Shown here: positions 40,088-43,303 of the stretch, one piece after another | How the letters are laid out: every line of letters starts with the position of its first letter | Position numbering within the stretch: the first letter of the stretch is position 1 | NCBI GenBank assembly: GCA_031400675.1 | Contig: JANNQJ010000425.1 | Coordinates: 1-43,303, forward strand | Source of the DNA: Cyclobacteriaceae bacterium | Lineage (GTDB): Bacteria > Bacteroidota > Bacteroidia > Cytophagales > Cyclobacteriaceae | Direction of reading: 5' to 3' | DNA length: 43,303 nt | The notes under the pieces: model-generated | What the model saw: the letters and a program-made list of their open reading frames with translations, nothing else | What the model was told of the DNA's origin: nothing | Database searches by the model: none | Translations under genes and position numbers: made by a program

Positions 40088-41570
40088 ACTTACAACGATA
40101 CAACATCTAAAAAGGGCAGGCTTAATCTCCTGCCTTTTTTTATGCTCGATAATTTGTCAAGCTCAGCAAAAAGAATGGTTGAGCGATAAGCGCTTGTTTG
40201 AATCGTATACACTTGCACTTAATTTAAAAATAGAAGAAGCCCAGAAGCAACTCAACGATATAAAAACACCGGAACAAATTTATGTTGCTTCCCTTACCGA
40301 TGCATTTGAACTGCTGGTAACAGAAGATGAAATCAAATTTGAGAAGTATGAAGATGCTCTTGAAGACAGGCTCGGTCGGCTGGAAGAAATAGATCCTGCC
40401 ACAGCCGAATCACTATTTGCAACTGCTGAACTCAGACTTCAGTGGGGGTTCATTTATTTAAAATTTGGTCATGAGTTAGATGCCGCATGGAATATCCGTC
40501 AGTCTTACCTGATTGTGCAAGAATGCAAAAAGAAGTATCCATCCTTTTTACCAATCAAGAAGACATCCGGTCTGTTAGAAATTATGCTGGGCTCTGTTCC
40601 AGAAAAATACCAGTGGGTCATGAGCCTGCTGAATATGGAAGGTTCTGTTGATTTAGGGCTAAAAGAACTGGAGCAGGTAAAAAACCAAAGCCCATCATTG
40701 AACTTAGAGACAACCTTGCTTTACTATTTATTCCAAGGGTTTATTTTACAACAGACAGAATCGGCTATGTTGGGGTTTGACGAAACAATCAAAATATACC
40801 ATGGAAACCGTTTAGCACTTTTTCTGGGAGCCTCTATTGCCATTAAAAATTCACAGAGTGAAAAGGCACTGGTATATCTTAAAAAAGTAAATGAGGATAC
40901 AAAAGGACTGGCCATTCCTTATTCTTACTACCAGTTGGGAGAAGTTTATTTGCACAAGAGTGAGTATGAGTCATCGGCTCACGCATACCAGAATTTTCTT
41001 GCTAGATATCGTGGGCAGAATTATATAAAAGATGCTCATTACAAAATCGGAATCTGCTATTGGATGATGGGCAATCGTTCAGAATCAGAAAAGTATTTTG
41101 ATAAAGCGAAAGAAGAAGGAAAAGAATCTGCTGAAGCAGATAAATACGCTGCGCGAAGTTTGGCTGAAAACATAAATCCTAACATCAAGCTCTCAAAAAT
41201 ACGATACGCTACCGATGGCGGTTATTATGAGAATGCGAAGAAAATTGTAAGTAGTGTAAATGATAATGATCTGCTCTCTTTCAAAGAAAAAATTGAATTT
41301 ACCTATCGCAAAGGCAGGCTTCACCATAAAAGTGGTTCACTCGCAGAGGCACAGAAAGAATACCTTGAAACAATCGAAAAGCAACGAGAAGAGAATTGGT
41401 ACTTCGCTCCAAATGCTTGTTTACAACTTGGCTATTTATTCGTGGATCAAAAGCAACCTAAGGAAGCTCAAAAGTATTTTGAAAAGGCACTCAGTTACAA
41501 AAAACACGAATACAAAAACAGTATTGATAGCAAGGCTAAGTCTGCCTTAGCGCAGTTAAGGAAAAAATAA
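40080..41570 (+). CDS. Secreted TPR-repeat protein
   Basis: TPR-like helical pairs run throughout (YYQLGEVYLHKSEYESSAHAYQNFL, AHYKIGICYWMMGNRSESEKYFDKA, LQLGYLFVDQKQPKEAQKYFEKAL). The start is uncertain. TTG 40080 gives a signal-peptide-like N-terminus (NRLTTIQHLKRAGLISCLFLCSIICQAQQ). The next in-frame start is TTG 40179. There is no in-frame ATG until far downstream. Confidence 0.6.
   Translation: MNRLTTIQHLKRAGLISCLFLCSIICQAQQKEWLSDKRLFESYTLALNLKIEEAQKQLNDIKTPEQIYVASLTDAFELLVTEDEIKFEKYEDALEDRLGRLEEIDPATAESLFATAELRLQWGFIYLKFGHELDAAWNIRQSYLIVQECKKKYPSFLPIKKTSGLLEIMLGSVPEKYQWVMSLLNMEGSVDLGLKELEQVKNQSPSLNLETTLLYYLFQGFILQQTESAMLGFDETIKIYHGNRLALFLGASIAIKNSQSEKALVYLKKVNEDTKGLAIPYSYYQLGEVYLHKSEYESSAHAYQNFLARYRGQNYIKDAHYKIGICYWMMGNRSESEKYFDKAKEEGKESAEADKYAARSLAENINPNIKLSKIRYATDGGYYENAKKIVSSVNDNDLLSFKEKIEFTYRKGRLHHKSGSLAEAQKEYLETIEKQREENWYFAPNACLQLGYLFVDQKQPKEAQKYFEKALSYKKHEYKNSIDSKAKSALAQLRKK
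40109..40141 (+). terminator. Rho-independent terminator hairpin after the DUF164 gene
   Basis: The sequence is AAAAAGGGCAGG-CTTAATCT-CCTGCCTTTTTTT. It has a 6-bp GC stem extendable through the A/T arms, followed by a T7 tract, and lies 22 nt after the stop at 40087. Confidence 0.6.
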
Positions 41571-41624
41571 GTAACCAACTTCGCGACCTTGTGCCGCGAT
41601 CCCCCAATGTTACGCTACAATGGG

Positions 41625-41645
41625 ATGCCGGAACATGTCCGGCAT
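41625..41645. terminator. Stem-loop between convergent genes (ATGCCGGA-ACATG-TCCGGCAT); possible bidirectional terminator without a clear U-tract
   Basis: An 8-bp perfect stem was read directly. It sits between the TPR gene stop (41570) and the histidine-phosphatase stop (41648). No T-tract is present on either strand. Confidence 0.35.
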
Positions 41646-41647
41646 TA

Positions 41648-42289
41648 TTAAGCTTTTACCGACTGCGTCTTCAAACTCTCTAAATGAGCTACATTATTAT
41701 ACAGCTCCACATTAAACATTGAACCAGTATAATTTACAATGTACAGGCATGAGTTCTCGTGCTCAAACATGTCCATACTTTTCAACGGATAGTTCATCAG
41801 GTAACAAAGCAGTATGCGAATGGCTCGACCATGCATGCAAATGAGAATTGTCTTTTCGTTCTCCTTGCTCAGAATATGATCCACAGCCGGCTTCATCCTA
41901 ACAACAACTTCATCCGGACTTTCTCCTCCCTCAATTCGTAAGGATGTGTTACCCTTCTGCCACTGATCAAGCATATGGTGATAATACTTATCCTCTTCAG
42001 CGGTAATGGGCTGTCCTTCCTTCTTCCCCCAGCTAATCTCGTTTAACCCTTTTAGCGCTTCGGTAGGAATACCAAGTTTTATAAATTTCTCGACAGACTC
42101 CTGACTTCTTTTTAATACCGAGGTATATACTTTATCGAAAGGAATATGCTTATACGCATCAAAGAATGCGGATGCCTGAGCCCGTCCCGTATCATTCAGA
42201 CTGCTATCCACACCACTACCCTGAACAATACCTCTCAGGTTCAAATCAGTCTGCCCGTGCCGAACGATGTATATTTTTTTGGTGTTCAA
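41648..42289 (-). CDS. Histidine phosphatase superfamily protein (phosphoglycerate mutase-like, branch 1)
   Basis: The catalytic RHG motif is in IYIVRHGQTDLN. LKRSQES follows, and a second His is in ILICMHGRAIR. The protein is 213 aa. Confidence 0.8.
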   Translation of the reverse strand: MNTKKIYIVRHGQTDLNLRGIVQGSGVDSSLNDTGRAQASAFFDAYKHIPFDKVYTSVLKRSQESVEKFIKLGIPTEALKGLNEISWGKKEGQPITAEEDKYYHHMLDQWQKGNTSLRIEGGESPDEVVVRMKPAVDHILSKENEKTILICMHGRAIRILLCYLMNYPLKSMDMFEHENSCLYIVNYTGSMFNVELYNNVAHLESLKTQSVKA

Positions 42290-42331
42290 TTTTCAGCTAT
42301 TTTGGCCGCAAAAATAGGGAAATAAACCACA

Positions 42332-42757
42332 ATGCCGCTTTTCAATCCCAACCTCACGTTAGCAATGCTTAACAATATGTCTGCCAATACTATGGTGGCG
42401 CATATTGGTATTGAGTTTACCCGCATGGGCGATGATTTTATTGAGGCCAGGATGCCTGTAGATCACCGAACGCATCAACCGCTGGGATTATTACATGGTG
42501 GAGCTTCCGTGGCGTTGGCCGAAACGCTGGGAAGCATAGCGGCAACGTGTTGCATTGACATGACGAAGCAGTACTGCGTGGGATTAGATATAAATGCCAA
42601 CCATATCAAAAGTATGCGTGAAGGTTTTGTAACCGGTATCACTAAACCCATTCATATAGGCAAGAAAACGCATGTGTGGGAAATACGCATTACTAATGAC
42701 CAACAAGAGCTGGTTTGCATAAGCCGAATTACAATGGCTGTAATCGATCGAAAATAA
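42332..42757 (+). CDS. Hotdog-fold PaaI/YdiI-type thioesterase, probably 1,4-dihydroxy-2-naphthoyl-CoA hydrolase (MenI-like)
   Basis: The protein aligns along its whole length with my recollection of E. coli YdiI/EntH (IGIEFTRMGDDFIEARMPVDHRTHQPLGLLHGGASVALAETLGS...GLDINANHIKS...VWEIRI). It lies directly upstream of a menF-like gene. Confidence 0.8.
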   Translation: MPLFNPNLTLAMLNNMSANTMVAHIGIEFTRMGDDFIEARMPVDHRTHQPLGLLHGGASVALAETLGSIAATCCIDMTKQYCVGLDINANHIKSMREGFVTGITKPIHIGKKTHVWEIRITNDQQELVCISRITMAVIDRK

Positions 42758-42758
42758 A

Positions 42759-43303
42759 ATGGCTGTAGATGTAAAAATATCAGCATCAAAAATACCTGCA
42801 CAACGTGAGGAAAGACTTTTTCATATTCTTCTTAATCACGTTCGTGAACACAATTATTCATTTGCCTTGTGGCGATTGCCCAATACTCAAACAAAAAATC
42901 TGATCATTTCTTTTACTTCCACTCCCCCATCAAATATCACGCTAGAGGAATTACCAGAAGGTTTCATTTTTCATCCTTTTGATAATCAAAAACAAAGTCA
43001 TTTCCTTAAAGCTGACCTGTCTTTTTCATTTTTGAATGGCTCGCTAACCAAGCCTAGAACTCCAACAGAAATATCATCCCAAAACTGGCTTCAGGAAGTA
43101 GTATCAAAAACAGTTGCAGAAAGGGCTAAGCCAAACTTTACTAAAAAAAATAATGCAGATAATTCAGTTGATAGGGACAAGTTTGAACAATTGGTACAGA
43201 CTAGTATACAGCAAATAGAGGCTGGTACTTTCGAAAAAATTGTACCATCCCGTTCAAAAACTATTAACCTTCCAGATTCATTTGATGTAATAGAAGCTTT
43301 TCA
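42759..43303 (+). CDS. menF: Isochorismate synthase (menaquinone pathway), N-terminal part; 3' end cut by the window edge
   Basis: The ORF is open from ATG 42759 to the window end and is absent from the ORF track because no stop is reached. It reads MAVDVKISASKIPAQREERLF...FALWRLPNTQ...KFEQLVQTSIQQIEAGTFEKIVPSRSKTINLP. The G-x-x-x-K-I/V-V-x-SR block is typical of chorismate-utilising enzymes. Context with the MenI-like gene supports the call. Confidence 0.65.
   Translation, partial: MAVDVKISASKIPAQREERLFHILLNHVREHNYSFALWRLPNTQTKNLIISFTSTPPSNITLEELPEGFIFHPFDNQKQSHFLKADLSFSFLNGSLTKPRTPTEISSQNWLQEVVSKTVAERAKPNFTKKNNADNSVDRDKFEQLVQTSIQQIEAGTFEKIVPSRSKTINLPDSFDVIEAF

Noticed and set aside
41581-41599. 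A second small hairpin TCGCG-N9-CGCGA downstream of the TPR gene
   Set aside because: The stem is only 5 bp with a 9-nt loop and no U-tract. It is not distinguishable from chance.
1-43303. CRISPR arrays, rRNA genes, prophage, toxin-antitoxin or other defence modules
   Set aside because: I scanned the intergenic regions and ORF translations and found no regularly spaced direct repeats, no cas, integrase, phage-structural or known defence-domain signatures. Short or novel systems cannot be excluded without HMM searches.

Overview
This is a 43.3-kb chromosomal window from a Bacteroidota genome. The phylum call rests on a SusC/SusD pair, T9SS type-A and type-B C-terminal sorting domains, and acidic lipoprotein export signals after the lipobox Cys. 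All calls come from reading the translations and the DNA by eye; no database search was run. Gene order, left to right: (1) a 5'-truncated M43 zinc protease with a T9SS tail, ddl, a PASTA-repeat protein, an unknown T9SS cargo protein, and (minus strand) an M50 site-2 protease preceded by a 58-codon HAD-phosphatase remnant. (2) A co-directional polysaccharide utilization locus (PUL) at 6320-23812: GH144-like lipoprotein, GH43+CBM32+FN3, a 7TMR-DISM membrane sensor ending in an IS1595-transposase-type zinc-ribbon/HTH, SusC, SusD, an Ig+LamG surface lipoprotein, a second Ig-decorated GH144-like lipoprotein, GH3 beta-glucosidase, a decayed relic of a second GH3 C-terminus, and an SGLT-type Na+/sugar symporter. 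(3) A tRNA with anticodon CAT. (4) A 1096-aa beta-propeller/PKD adhesin-like protein with a T9SS type-B tail. (5) A YbbP/YbbA/TesA-like module next to a second esterase and an orphan MacB-like permease. (6) Housekeeping genes: a conserved secreted protein of unknown function, a putative porin, lpxK, NIF3, a DUF164 coiled-coil protein, a TPR protein, a histidine phosphatase, a YdiI/MenI-like thioesterase and the 5' part of menF. I saw no CRISPR array, rRNA, integrase or intact transposase. The most interesting item is the PUL, a predicted beta-1,2-glucan/sophoro-oligosaccharide locus. Its only candidate regulator is a membrane-tethered one-component sensor whose DNA-binding output looks like a domesticated transposase N-terminal domain. 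Candidate cis-elements lie in the two PUL promoter regions. Secondary items are two gene relics, an unusual tRNA T-loop, repeat arrays in three intergenic regions and a DUF164 protein with a degenerate zinc ribbon.
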